A DNA stretch of 64,000 nucleotides, from contig JBLDXI010000066.1 of NCBI GenBank assembly GCA_047495785.1, positions 1 to 64,000 of the forward strand. The letters are read 5' to 3'. The stretch is from Lepidodermella squamata (lineage: Eukaryota; Animalia; Gastrotricha). Under the pieces are notes generated by a model. It saw only the letters and a program-made list of their open reading frames with translations, ran no database searches and had not been told where the DNA came from. Positions 11,796 through 24,218 of the stretch are shown in pieces; positions within the stretch are counted from its first letter, which is position 1; each line of letters begins with the position of its first letter. A program made the translations under genes and the position numbers.

Positions 11796-11974
11796 CGCAC
11801 CTGGCTGTCGTGTCTTTGGATCGCGTTTCGAAAAGTGCTGTTCCGGCTGTACGTCGGACGGATACATCTGCAGCGAATATCCGAGTTGACAGTGGCGGTT
11901 TGCGGCTACATGGCTTCGACGTCTCTAATAATGCTAAATTGTCGTCTTCTCGGAGTCGCTCACGTCTACACTGA
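11796..11974 (+). pseudogene. Displaced native 3' end of the GPCR CDS (end of last TM helix plus cytoplasmic tail)
   Basis: Joining 8489 to 11796 gives VAIIAVIAHLAVVSLDRVSKS...RSRSRLH* in frame. Confidence 0.75.
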
Positions 11975-12317
11975 ACGCCACTGCATCTGAGGCGACGTAA
12001 TGGGTTCTAATCATCAAAATGCCAATTCAACAAATCTCTAGAAGTTGATTCATTGTCTAAAAGATTGATGCATAAATGACGCACCTGTGAAACCCAGACC
12101 GGCGTTTGCACTCTGCAGAACAACGCTGAGCACAGGGGTTGAAAATTGTGATATTTTGCCAATTTGTTTGTCCTTTTTCGGAAATCATAAATTCAAGGAA
12201 AATAATTTCAGCCAGAAAATGAAAACTTTTGATGGCTGTGGGAGTTGAACCATCGTTCTCACACTCCTTACCCATGCTCTCCCACCACTGAGCCATCTAC
12301 TCGCGAAAAAAACTCGA

Positions 12318-12858
12318 AAATTTCGGTGGGAAAGTAAACAAAGAAGTTTATATTTCTTCAATCCATTTCGTTGAATCAATGCTGGTTCTCTCAAGTTTAT
12401 CGATGGAACCGGGAAGAGAATTTCAAGAGGAACAAGATGGTTATTTTTCGTGATTTAATGATTTTTGGGTTGTCACCACTTTTATTATTATTATTATTTT
12501 ATTTCGAAAAATATATTCATGAAAAAAATATGATGGTACAAAATTCGAGGAAACAGAAGGGCGCGCGGGCCACTAACGCTGAACCGTCACTAACTCACTT
12601 GCGCATTTATTTTGCTATTTTCAGCAGCCCAGCCGCGTTCAATTTCACTTTCATTCTTCTCGATTTGCCATCTTATTTGCAAGTTCAAAAACTATCAAGG
12701 GCATTTTGAGCAATTTCAACAAACATCCCAAAATCCCGAAAAAACATCCATCTTGTTCCCCGTAATATTTTCTTTCAGGTTCCATCAACAAACTTGAGAG
12801 AACCAGCTCTGATTTAACCAATTCGATCGAAGAAAAATAAACTATCCCACCGAAATTG
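12318..12858. mobile_element. Degenerate MITE-like element with ~130-bp imperfect inverted arms
   Basis: For example gctggttctctcaagttt (~12380) vs aaacttgagagaaccagc (~12790), and aatttcggtggga vs tcccaccgaaatt. Confidence 0.55.
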
Positions 12859-13155
12859 TGAGGATTTTTTCATGATTCAGCTGAACGTCTGCGACCAATG
12901 TTGTTCCGCTCTTTTCTCGTGAATAGTCAGTCTATCTTAAATTATGTCCATGGGCGTAGCCGAGTTAGTCGAGGTCTTGGCAACACTGAAACGAGACTCG
13001 CGAGAGAAGTTTATGTGACTATGTGACAGCTGGCTTTCGAATTGTTTGCTCACGTCCTGATTGTCTAGGTAATTGGTCTTTTTGCTATAATTTTGGTTTG
13101 ATGAATCCAACCTGAATTGATGAAAAAATTGAAGAAAGTGAGAAACAATCATAAA

Positions 13156-13450
13156 TAAAAAATCATCGTACCGGAACTGTGGAATTTATATGTAGAACAA
13201 ATTGCTTTATCCGGACTTTGTAATCCGGACGTTTATATCAGCCGGACCTTTTTTGACCGGTTTTAAGGTTTGAAAGTCCAAATTAAAGTGAAAATTAAGG
13301 CTAGAGCGCGCAAACTTGAAACGATCGTCATTTTTAAAATAGACCTTTAAAATAGAGGTCTGAATATTTGTAATTAATTTTTATTAATTGATATATATTT
13401 CTAACTTCCGGCTCCTTCCGGTTCGTTTTGGAAATCCAGCATTGCTAATG
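13156..13450 (+). repeat. Diverged direct copy of 18242-18580 (upstream region of the Cys-rich/EGF gene)
   Basis: Shared aaaaaatcatcgt..gtggaatttatat..ggctagagcgcg..aaacttgaa blocks. Confidence 0.75.
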
Positions 13451-13835
13451 GATCTTGCGCAATCCATGACTAAGAACATTGCAGCGTTTCCAAAAACGGC
13501 AAATTTGACAATTTTCTTAGTTTCAAGAATTCGAGACGTTGCGTAAGTAAAGAGCCCTTATTTGAGCCAAATATCAATGTGACAATGGGAAGAAAACGGA
13601 GCGAACTAAAATAAAAGTAACGACTGTAATAGTAAATTTTAGGAGGGTTTGGAACCCTTTTTAACCGGAAAAATCGAAAAATTTCTCGCTTCGCTCGATT
13701 CATGGGTGAAAATAATAGCTAATTTTCTTCCATTTCGAGTAAATGTTATTCGCGAGCGAGCATAGCGAGCGAGCGCAATTTTTGTGTTGCTCAATATTAG
13801 GAACACACCAGCTCGAAATCCTACTTCGCAAACTG

Positions 13836-16800
13836 GCCAAAATAGTAGAGTAGGTGAAGGTTTTGCCGGATCCACCGGGGCCGTCGAGGAAAAAGACAGT
13901 GCCAAGTCGATTGAGGAGGGCGCTAACAACCGCATCGAAAGCAGATCGCTGATTGATATTGAGCATTGAGAGTGTTGCGCTGCGCAATAGTCAACTGATG
14001 CCCAACAGAATAAGAAGTCTCTTCAACAATTAACCGGTTAGCGGTATTCGCAACAGCCAATTCCGGTAGATTGTAACTCGCCAGCGACTTATTGCTTTGG
14101 GATAACAGCCGATCGATTTCAGCTAAAGCTTGTTGGTAGATCCTCTCAGAAAAATCGGTATCAGGTTGAAGCAACCTAGCGGCATGGAGAAAATCTTCGG
14201 ACATGTGGTTTCGAAATTGAATCCATAACGCGAGGGCGTCTGATGGGGCTGAGAATAGCAAAATACTAACAAAGAATTCCCTGACATCCTTGGGGCGAGC
14301 GTGACTGCAGACTTCTTCCATGGACAGCTTGATATGACTGTCGTCGGATGTAAGGCCGAGTAATCGACAGGCTTCCTGGAAGGTAGACGCCGGGGGACCG
14401 TCAGGCTGAACTCGTCGCAAGTCCTCGAAACTTTTTGCCCCGCTGCGGTGAAGTAGAAGGAGCCGCAGGTAATATAGTTCTCCAGCCGTTGGCGATACCT
14501 GGTACATTCGGCCACATGGTATTAAACCAAAATTAGGGGCCCGCTTTCGCTTAGTCCAAACGCGCTTTTCATCGTCGTAAGTGTGGCTGCCAGGGAAATG
14601 CATGTATTTAACGTGATGGGAGTCGTTATGGCTGGCGTTGTAGCGAAACCAAGCAGTGAGCGTTGACTCGGCAAGCCGATCGTTAAGCTGCAACTGCTGC
14701 ATTGGATTGAAATAAACGTTTTGCTCTTTGGGAAGATGAACATCCAAGCGGACGTCATTAGGATACTGTTCCTCCATCGGGTATGACAGTATTCGCCAAC
14801 ACGCTTCAGACGAAGAGACATATCGTGCATCGATGTAACGTTTTATTTCGTCGATTGGTTCGTTCGGATCTACGTTAGCCGTAATTACTCGATCTGGGCC
14901 CTGAAGAAGGAAGGTGAACGTCAATGAACAGCCAATAAATATTAAATTTTTATTACCTTGTGAATGTACTTATAGATGTACTTGATACTCTTTACGGTAC
15001 TGCACACCTCGAGGTTGATGTGCGCATCGAAGCGTGACGTCAGAAATTTGTTGTAAGGTACCACCCAGCGATTGCCGTAGATGAAACCTCTCGCACCGGT
15101 GCCTTTCGTCATTGTGACCCCGTTGTCACGTCGGCGATACTGAGGATAACCATGGTCATCTAAAACCGTTTCATCGACGAAGGACTTCGGAAATGATTTG
15201 GAGCAGACACGTTTTTCCAGGTCCCAACACGGAGAATTCGTGTGACCAACGCCACACGGTCCATGCAGTAAACACTTAGTGACTATGGCATGAAGCCTCG
15301 GTTCCATAGACAATGATGGTTACATCATTGTCTATGCTCGGTTCCGTAACTGGGTCGGGAATTTCTGCACATATCAGATTGTCGACTTGCTCAGCAGTGC
15401 GCGGCTTGTATGGATCAGTCAGTGTGATCAATGCGTGTATGTGAGGCAGACCACGCTTTTAAAACTCCACAGTGTAGATTAAATTCTTGATTTCACCGAA
15501 AACCTTATTCTTGATAATATGTTTCAACAACTCGCGAACTTTAGTACGAAAAACCCGAACGCAGAGATCAATTCTGTTTAGGGCGGTTTGGCCAGGTAAG
15601 AGGTTACGCGTTATCTCCGGCCAAGCAGAATTGCAGGTAAACTGTAGGAAAGACACAAAACATGAGACGATCAACAACAAATCATAGGAAAATGCCACTA
15701 ACCGTCAAGAAAAGGTCTGGTTTTTTATCTCGGCGAACTATAGCCATGGCATCTTGATAGTTTTGCGCTATTTGACGTGGCGACCCTTGCTTACTGGAAG
15801 GCAAAACAATGCGAACACGCGAACCAACATCGCTTGCTCCAGCACCTTCAGCAACTGTATCACAGAAACCGCGATAGTTCTCAACTCGTAGCGGGGTTTG
15901 GTTGCGACGAATGAAAGCGAGATGTTAGACTCAACCTTGAGCCAGGATCGACGATGTACTGCTGGAATAATTTGCCGTACAAATGTATGACAGGCATCCC
16001 ACGAATGAAAATTCGATGTTGTCACGTGCTGAAATCTTGGTTTGCTTTTGGTTAGGTTTCATATTGACTCGCTGCATGGTGATGTCCCAGCCAAGATCAC
16101 TCTAGGGAACATGATCGGATAGCTTAGGGGATCGTAACAGGCGTGTGTCTCGTCGATGCGTTGAAGAGGACCACCCTTCAAACGAAGACTGATGTCTCGA
16201 TGTGAGCTCTCAGCAGACTCGTCATCACAAACAATTGCTGCAACCTCATCGTTGGCAGATTGTGGCGCATTATAACGCCGGCGATCGAGTCCGTTAACAC
16301 TTGCTTTGATTCGCATAGTTCTTTCAGAAGCTTGCCGAAGAGTATTCAAGCTGTAATCTGTAATCGTAAATGCGGACAAATGGATTGACGTCATACATCA
16401 TTTCTTGCAAATTCGTCAAGACGACCGTGTTAATGTGAGTTTCGGATCCGTATTGGAAGTTCTTGCGTATGGCGACTTGCTCAGAGGAGGATTGAACGAA
16501 ATAAACTTGCATATAACGGGGTTCAGTTCCTTCATCTGGTAAGAGAGCTCCGTGTCGATGGTAGAGAGAACCCTGCACCTTGAAAGCACCGAAATTTGGC
16601 GTGACGTCTTTGCACCCCATCGAAGTAAATGAAAGGCAATTATTGTATTTTCTGTCATCCAGTAGAAACTGAGTCGATTGTTGACCTAATTCTCCATTGA
16701 GTAAGCGTCGCAAATAAAGAGGAGGCTCCTTTATAGGGTCAAGTATAACCTGACCATGCTGACAGCATTGAGCAAATTCGGGGTGATCTGGCGAGGAATT

Positions 16801-17420
16801 AGTTAGGCGTTCGTCAGAGAAGTGTTGCGCACCGCAGTGTTCACATGCTTCTAAATCGTAAAGCGGCACGTCAGCCTCAAGATAGGGAGCCATGGCAGAT
16901 GCAACTTTGGGAATCCAGTTGTTTACTGCTACCGGTGCCAGAGGCGCAACAGGTGGTGGCACATTAAAATCTGGGTTGTCGTGCATTCCTGGGTCGAACA
17001 AATCCAAATCTAAGGCGTTCGGATAGTCTTGTTCTAGTAGGGCTTCATAATCACCGTCATAATCACTGCACACACTGCATAATCAACTATTGCAGCAAAC
17101 TCTCGGATTGCTTGATTGAGAGCTTCTCCTTCTTCCTCAATAGGAGGCGGATCAGTAATTAGCAGAGCATGATTAGTAACAACCTGGCACGGAAAATTCA
17201 TTGATTGAATGACAGAAGAAAGCAGATATATGCTAACCTGTGATGCATAACTGTGATCACGTAAGGTCGGAGCAGGAACATTCACGGCTTCAGGGGAGCC
17301 ACGGTGAAGCGTTGGCAAGGGAACTTCTGATTGTCTGCGGCGATTCAGTCGATCACCTGCTGGTGTTAAACACTGCCCACGGCCACGGCCGCGAGGACGT
17401 CCTCTAGGCATATTATACAT
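13836..17420 (-). mobile_element. Helitron Rep/Hel pseudogene (intron-containing), truncated just after Pif1 helicase motif I
   Basis: CEHC..CCQHG, YNNCLSFTS, YDPLSYP, FTCNSAWPEI, VEF*KRGLPHIH (stop), KYIYKYIHK, RYVSSSEACWRI, ELYYLRLLL and LDGPGGSGKT; frameshifts present. Confidence 0.92.
15305..15336. mobile_element. 32-bp hairpin insert with 8-bp TSD (ctcggttc), probable P-element-type excision footprint
   Basis: catagacaatgatg-gtta-catcattgtctatg, flanked by ctcggttc at 15297-15304 and 15337-15344. Confidence 0.7.
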
Positions 17421-17450
17421 TGTGTGACCACTTAAAAGTCCAATCTAATG

Positions 17451-17721
17451 CGCACGCTGATTGGTCAATCGATCGTTGCTATGACTCCCGGATGAAACGT
17501 TCTGTCGTGCGATCCATAAGATTTTTTGCAACAAGTGTTTTTTGCCGCAGCAATTTACCACAATTAATATGGAGTTTACGCTCGTGGTAAATGGAAACCG
17601 GGCAGAGGGTGTGGCAAGGTCATTTTTTTCATAAATATAAAATAATTTATTAGTGGATCGCACGACTGAAATGTTTCATTCCGGAGTCACTAGCAACGAC
17701 AAATTGACCAATCAGCGTGCG
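17451..17721. repeat. Inverted repeat (~66-bp arms, each with a CCAAT motif) directly upstream of the Helitron ORF
   Basis: cgcacgctgattggtcaat..gtcgtgcgatcca vs tggatcgcacgac..attgaccaatcagcgtgcg. Confidence 0.7.
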
Positions 17722-18840
17722 CGTCAAGGTTCAACTTACCAGTGGTTCCACAATGTAATAACAATTCTGAAACAATATAACAATCCTATAGCAATTTAAG
17801 GAAATCTAGAATCCAGGTGGAGAAAGAAACCGAGTTACCTGATGGAACCGATAAACCGGTAAACCTGCGAACCGGTAAAGCGGACGGGAACGGACGGTAA
17901 CCGGAAAAATCTGTGGGTTTTATGTTTTCACCGTTAAAATAAAAATAAATGATAACTTGAAATATTTCATTGTTAAAAGCCATTGACAACAATTAATAAT
18001 TTTAAAATTTCAAATCTTCCCTCGTTTTTTTGGGGGACGTTCGGGGCAGCGTCCTAAAAAATGAGTTTTTTGCCCTCAAGTCATCGTTAGCTGTCGCGGT
18101 CTTTGGGGCTGTTATTTTTCTGATATCTTCAATTTCAATACCTATCTGATGGTGTTTTTATTTTTATTTTATACCTCAGCGTTTTCAAGAAAATCCGTAC
18201 AAACCTACTTTTGAGAAAACCTTCTCTCTTTAGTGTTTTAGATAAAAAATCATCGTGCCGGAATTTATATATGTGGAATTTATATATAGAACACATTGCT
18301 TTGTCCGGACTTCGTAATTCGGATGTTTACATAAGTCGGACCCTTTTTGACCGGTTTCAAGTTTTGAAAGTCCGAATTAAAGAGAAAATTAAGGCTAGAG
18401 CGCGGCGCAAACTTGAAGCGATCATCATTTTTAATAAATACTATGCAATACATATATGGGAGCTCCGTAACCGATAGCAGATAGGTCGTAATAGAGGCCT
18501 GAATGTTTGTAATTAATTTGTATTAAGTCATGTATATTATTTGTATCTTCCGGCTCGTTCCAGCGGCGGTTTTTTGCATCAGCCAACGTCGCAATTTGAG
18601 CAAAGCCTCTTGTCACTATAAACTTGAAAACCATTGCATTGCTTCGAAATTGTATTGCTTCTCTTTCGCAGGGTCTCACTTTTTTCAATGTTGTTTTCGA
18701 AATGTATTTTTCTCGCTTCTGTGTCTTTGGACACGGAATAAAAGTGCGCCAAAAAATCACGCATCTACTCAAACCTCCACTAAAATCAGTTAAATTTTTA
18801 TTTCATTCATTTATTTTCTATTCTCAAATTTAATAAAATA

Positions 18841-21800
18841 ATGAGTGTAGTTATCTGCATCTTTCTCATCTTGAGCCTAGCAGCATCAGCCAATACACAA
18901 GAGTTCAAGCGATGTTTCTCGCGTTTGAATGACTCTTTCACAGGATGTAAAGAGAACTGCTCATTCTCCGACGATGTTCAGGCAAGCCATGTTTTTTAAC
19001 GTCAGGCTTTTTAAGTTGTAATTTTCGCTGAATTCCATGAAGCTCGGGCTCAAGCTGAATTCGCTGGCGAGTTGCAAATCCGGCGTGAGTTGGTCAATTT
19101 TCAGCTTATTTTTTTACCTTAAATTTTATTTCAGGACGCTCGAAGCTGCTTCAATTATAAAACGATCAACATGCGATGTATCCCCCGCAATCTTGGCTGC
19201 AATAAGGACGATGAAGTTTTGGTACCTATGTGCCTTTTTGAAATGAAATTCCTACGCTTCATTACTCCTATTCATCTCAACAGACGGCTGAATTTCCCGG
19301 AGGCGTCGGCGACTTCGAAAAGCAGTACGATCTGTGCCGATGGACGATTAAAAAATTCTTGGTTTGATTTATATTTTTTTTCGCAGCCGATTAAATTATA
19401 TTGTCTTGTTTTTTATTTATCAGAATAATCCGGCGACAGTCTGTAACCAAAATGGCCAACGAACGTGTATTCCGGTCAACGGCCCGTGCCCAAATAACGG
19501 AGTGAGCTTCGATAAAAAGAAATAATGGAATCATTCACTTTGTTGGTTTTTCTTTTCAATGCAGGCGAAGATCGGCAGTCATACAACAATGCAACTGTGC
19601 ATGGCGCAGGAGAACAGTTGGTTTCATTTTATCAATATTAACAATTTGCAAATCAAATGGAGAATCGTGCCTCAATTTTTTGAATTTATGTGGTTTTGCC
19701 TTAATATCAAGAGCCAGATTTATTCTTTAAAATCAACTATAATTCTTACAGTTGTCCGGAATAATTCCGATTTCTTGGCCTTCAATCGATGCTTTCTGCA
19801 AAGCGACCGGTCGTTCGTCGGCTGCCAATCGACGGCTTGTGATGCAGCCTCAATGACTAAGGTAAGTCTCTTGCAAAGATTGGAATCATTTTATTCATTC
19901 CTGATTTTCATTTTCAGTCTTACAGTGACGGAACTTACATCGACAGATTCCACTGCGTCGCAGGCGTTCGTTTTTCCAAGGACTTTCTTTGCTAGAAAAA
20001 TAATTTTGAATTTTACGCAGCCTGCGGCCCTATGCTCAACATCTGGTTCAACGGTTTGCCGAAATACGTGCCCGTCTCCTATGACAGTGGTAGGCTAAGC
20101 TTTTAACAAAATTAATCAAAGCTAATATTGGATGGTCAGCTTTGGTAGATTAATTTTTAGGCCACCAAATTTCACTTGTTTATTGAGGTTCAAGAGCTAG
20201 TGATTTGTTTTATTTATTTATTTATTTAAAAGCTATTACACCCAAGAGAGGGAAGCTTGACAAAGTGTAAGGAAAACAACATATAATTGCAGGACAGGAT
20301 CACATTTAGGACAGGAAAAGTGTTGTAGAAGAAGCACAACAAACAGTGAAAATACAAAATATTATTTTTAACTATGCGTTTACGACATTGCCGATGTTGA
20401 AATGTGCGTAGGCAGCTTCGCGACACGCCTTTGCAGACTGCGCGTCGTGAACGATCGAAGGCATTTCATTCCATAGATGCGGGCCCCTGTACGACAGGCT
20501 CAGCTGGCCACGCTCGGTCGTGAAGGTCGGCTTGAACATCGGCTCGAAATTGCGACAGTTATAGCCGTGGCTGCGGTCGTTTAGCTTGAACATCGACATG
20601 AAGTCGTCCGGCGCCATCTCGTGCAGGCTTTTCCAGATGAATGTGCATAGGTGTACCGCATGTTTCGGGTGGACAGTAAGCCATCCAAGTCGATGCCGAA
20701 GCGGGGCCGGATCCGCCAAAGGATGAGCGCCGTAGATGATTTTGATGGCTCGATCTTGTGACGATTGCAGCTTGTCGCGAGTCGATTTTGAGGCTTGCCC
20801 AAGGGTAATGTCGCCATAATTCAGATGACTGACAACGAGACCGTTGGTCATCATGACAGCAGTTTTGCTATCAATTCCAGCATCGACAGCTTGTTTGAGA
20901 GCGAACAAGCCCTTTCGAGCCTTGCCCTTCGCCATCTCGATGTGTTCGTCGAATAAGAGCTTATTGTCAATATGGAAGCCGAGTGTGTTCATGGATTCAG
21001 ACGGCTTAATCGCAACGCCACCAATGGTGACCGTGAAGTCAGGCGCTGTCGAAAGGTGCGGCTTGAGCAGCATAAACTGCGATTTTTTGCCATTTACCGC
21101 CAGGCTGTTCTGCTTCAGCCATGCGCACAACCTGTTGAGTTCTAGTTGTAGAACAGCCTGTAGTTCGTTGATGTTTTTCGAACCAAAGAAAATGGCAACG
21201 TCGTCAGCGTATTGAGCAATGCCGCATCGGTTCAAAATCAAAGACGGGTCGTTTACATAAATTGTGAACAGGAGCGGGCCAAGGACCGATCATTGTGGCA
21301 CACCGCAATCAATCGACTCGAACGGGGATGTTTCGCCGTTGATTTTCGTGGTTTGGCGGCGATTGCTCAAGTAGTTTATCAAAAGGTGAACTGACCTTTC
21401 CGTTACCCCAGCGGATCGGAGCGACTCGATGATCCCATCGTGGTGAAGCGTGTCGAATGCTTTTGACAAGTCGATCGACACGGCTCCAACCACGTTTCCT
21501 GTGTCAAGTAGACGTCGCCAGCGTTCGGTAAACGATGCCACGCATGTGTCTGTCGAATGGTATTGGCGAAATCCGTGTTGCGCCGGTGTTAAGAACTTGA
21601 TCGCTCGCAAGTGATCTTTCAGCTGTGTTGCCAGGCAACGCTCGAACGTACGAGCTAGCGGTGAAGTGATCGAAATCGGCCTGAAATTTCCGACCTCAGC
21701 CTTTGATCCGGATTTATGCAGCGGTGTAACAATAGCTGTTTTCCAATCGTTGATGAAGACGCCATCTCGAATGGCCAAGTTGAAGAGCGTTGTGAGATGT

Positions 21801-24218
21801 CGAGCAATTGATGGCTTTGCCATTTTGACGAGGCACTCGGGAATGCCGTCGAACCCGGTCGTAGCCTTGTAACTCAGTTTGTCGATCGCCTTTTCGACAT
21901 CGGCGACCGAGACAGCTCGAAACGTAAACGGTGTTGAGCTTCGTTTACGCCTTGCGAAGTTCAGACAGCCTCCGAGACTTTCGGCCACGATTTTCCCTGC
22001 TTTCGCGAAAAAAACATTAAAATTTGTGGCCTTCTGCAATGACTCATCTTTCGAAAGCTACGCCCAGACGTTGCGGTTCTTTGGCTTTGGACGGAAATCT
22101 TTGACGATTCGCCACAATTTTCGCGTGTCGTTGCCAGCCTTCTTAACAGGACGACGATATCGAGCACGGCGCGCCTTGCGTCGTTGTCGTTGACGTTGTC
22201 GCCGAGTGAGCGTTGGATCAAAATGATTCTTGGCTTGGCGATTTCGCTTTTTAGCTTGTTCTTTGTCGATCAACGGGGCAACTTCGTCCATCACAGCTAG
22301 AAGTCGAAATTTGATTTGAGACCAGAAAGCTTCGCAATCGTCCGTTTTGTCGACCGTTGCAAGTTTCTCCTGTAGTAGTTGATTGAGTCGTTCAGTATCA
22401 ATACTGTTGTAGTCACGAAATTTTGTGTTTGTCGAGGGTTTTGCTATTTTCTCGCCGTCGTTATCAAGAACCAACGATGTCGCGTAGTGGTCGCTGAGAC
22501 CTACGATTGTGCAAGTTTGCGCTATTTCGGCCTGAGGAATGTTGGTCCAGAAGTGATCTAGGCATTTCTCAGACGCTGGTCGGGTTACTAGTTGAGTGTA
22601 GGCTGGTCGTAAATCGAAGTCACCAAACACTTTAGTCATCGCGTTAGCAACATTTACGTCACGCAGGTTCCAGTTGAAGTCTCCGCCGATGATGTGGTAG
22701 TCAGCCGTGATGTCTTTGCAGAGGAGAAGAAATTCCTCTAAATCGTCGGCGTCGTTGTTATTGAACTCGTCGCTAGAACCCTTGGGTCGCCTGTAGATCG
22801 TGGTCATAGCAATACTTTTCCCGGACGGTAGTGTTATAACGCATTGATAATTTTCAAAGACTTCCGATGTCAGCGATCGTTCGACAACCACAGCGTGTGT
22901 TTTGTAGACCAGTAAGCCGACGCCTCCACCTCCCGATTGCGCTCGACCTTTCCAATAGCAATCGTAGCCGAAATAGGGGTCCTCAGGAACGCTGAAGTTC
23001 TCTGCAAATGCGTCGTCAACATATTTTGGCATGCAGCCATCCAGCACTTTGACCTCGCCAAGAAAGATTGCTGTTGGACGGACTACTTCTGCAAACTCGG
23101 CTAGGTTCGGAAGCTTGTCTTTTGTTAATAAGCCATTGAGATTTGCTTGCACGAAGCAGTGCAGGTTCGGAGCAAAGCGCGATCCAACTAGTTCCTGGTG
23201 ATCCATTGTTGGCGGTACCGATTGCGCTGGTTCAGCCGGTCCCGGGTTCGGTGATAGTCCCGAGATTAGCAGCATCAACAAAATGAAACCTCGCTGGCGA
23301 GTAATTTGGCGGAAGGGGTCACGCGCAGCGAAGCAGAAGAATATTGAGAGCCATTCTTGAGTTAGCGTTTCAGTTGTTCTACCGTCATGGATAGATTCTT
23401 GTTATTTTCTTAAGGCTTGTGATATGATAATTAATCAGTAGGTCATATTTTCAGTTCACAATTTTCCGGGCGAAATCAGACTTCGCTGGCAACTATGCTG
23501 ACTGCTTGCAATCTCAGGTCCCTCAGGTAAGAATTTTTTCTTGTTATTTTCGCATCGCCCCAAATTCTGACCCGGACTTGTAGATCGCGACTTACGCGCC
23601 ACAACAATAAAAAAGTAGGATCATCGAACTAGGAAGTATTATCGGGCCCAAATTTTATGACCAAAGGCCCCCGTCCCCCATCTGTGGTTGCTTTGGGATT
23701 TTTCCACTTTCCACTTTGGCCTCGTGAACCGGGCGGTACGACACACTTCCCGTAATTTGTGCTCTTTGTGCTAGGAAACGGGTTATTTGGCATTAAACAG
23801 GCGAGTCGGCTGTGGGTGGAGACGGGATTGGTTAAGCGGGACCCACCGCGGGCCATGATGAACCCGCGGATCCGTCTGTGATCCTCCAAGACGGGTCGAC
23901 CCTTACCCCACAAAAATAAAGCCGTGCCCCGGATTTGTGGATGCCCCTGAATTCAAACTGAAAATATGCTGTCTAGCACATCATCGGCTAAATGAAAAGA
24001 CCTATCGATAGACTGGTGGGAACCTCGACTTTCATCAAAGTCTCATTAAAATTATTCATATTCTTAATGAGTTAACTTACAAGTTTAAACCCAGTTTTAT
24101 ATTTCCCAATTATTTTCCGATTATAGTGCGAAAACTGCACAGGCATCCATCAACAATGCCTGACTCCCAATTCGTGTACCTGCAAGACGGGATGGACTGG
24201 CAAAGACTGCAATACATC
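18841..24218 (+). CDS. Secreted Cys-rich multi-exon protein, copy 1 (five 4-Cys modules + one EGF-like exon); LINE in an intron; last exon uncertain
   Basis: Signal peptide MSVVICIFLILSLAASA. About 11 small exons conserved with the copy at 43078. EGF exon CENCTGIHQQCLTPNSCTCKTGWTGKDC near 24127-24218. Confidence 0.75.
20207..23400 (-). mobile_element. CR1/L2-clade LINE (APE endonuclease + RT) with in-frame stops and (AATA)n tail
   Basis: NLNGL, GGGVGL, IYRRP, GDFN, LSDH; NFRPIS, QHGFR, DLSKAFD, GVPQ*SVLGP, YADD. Confidence 0.93.
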
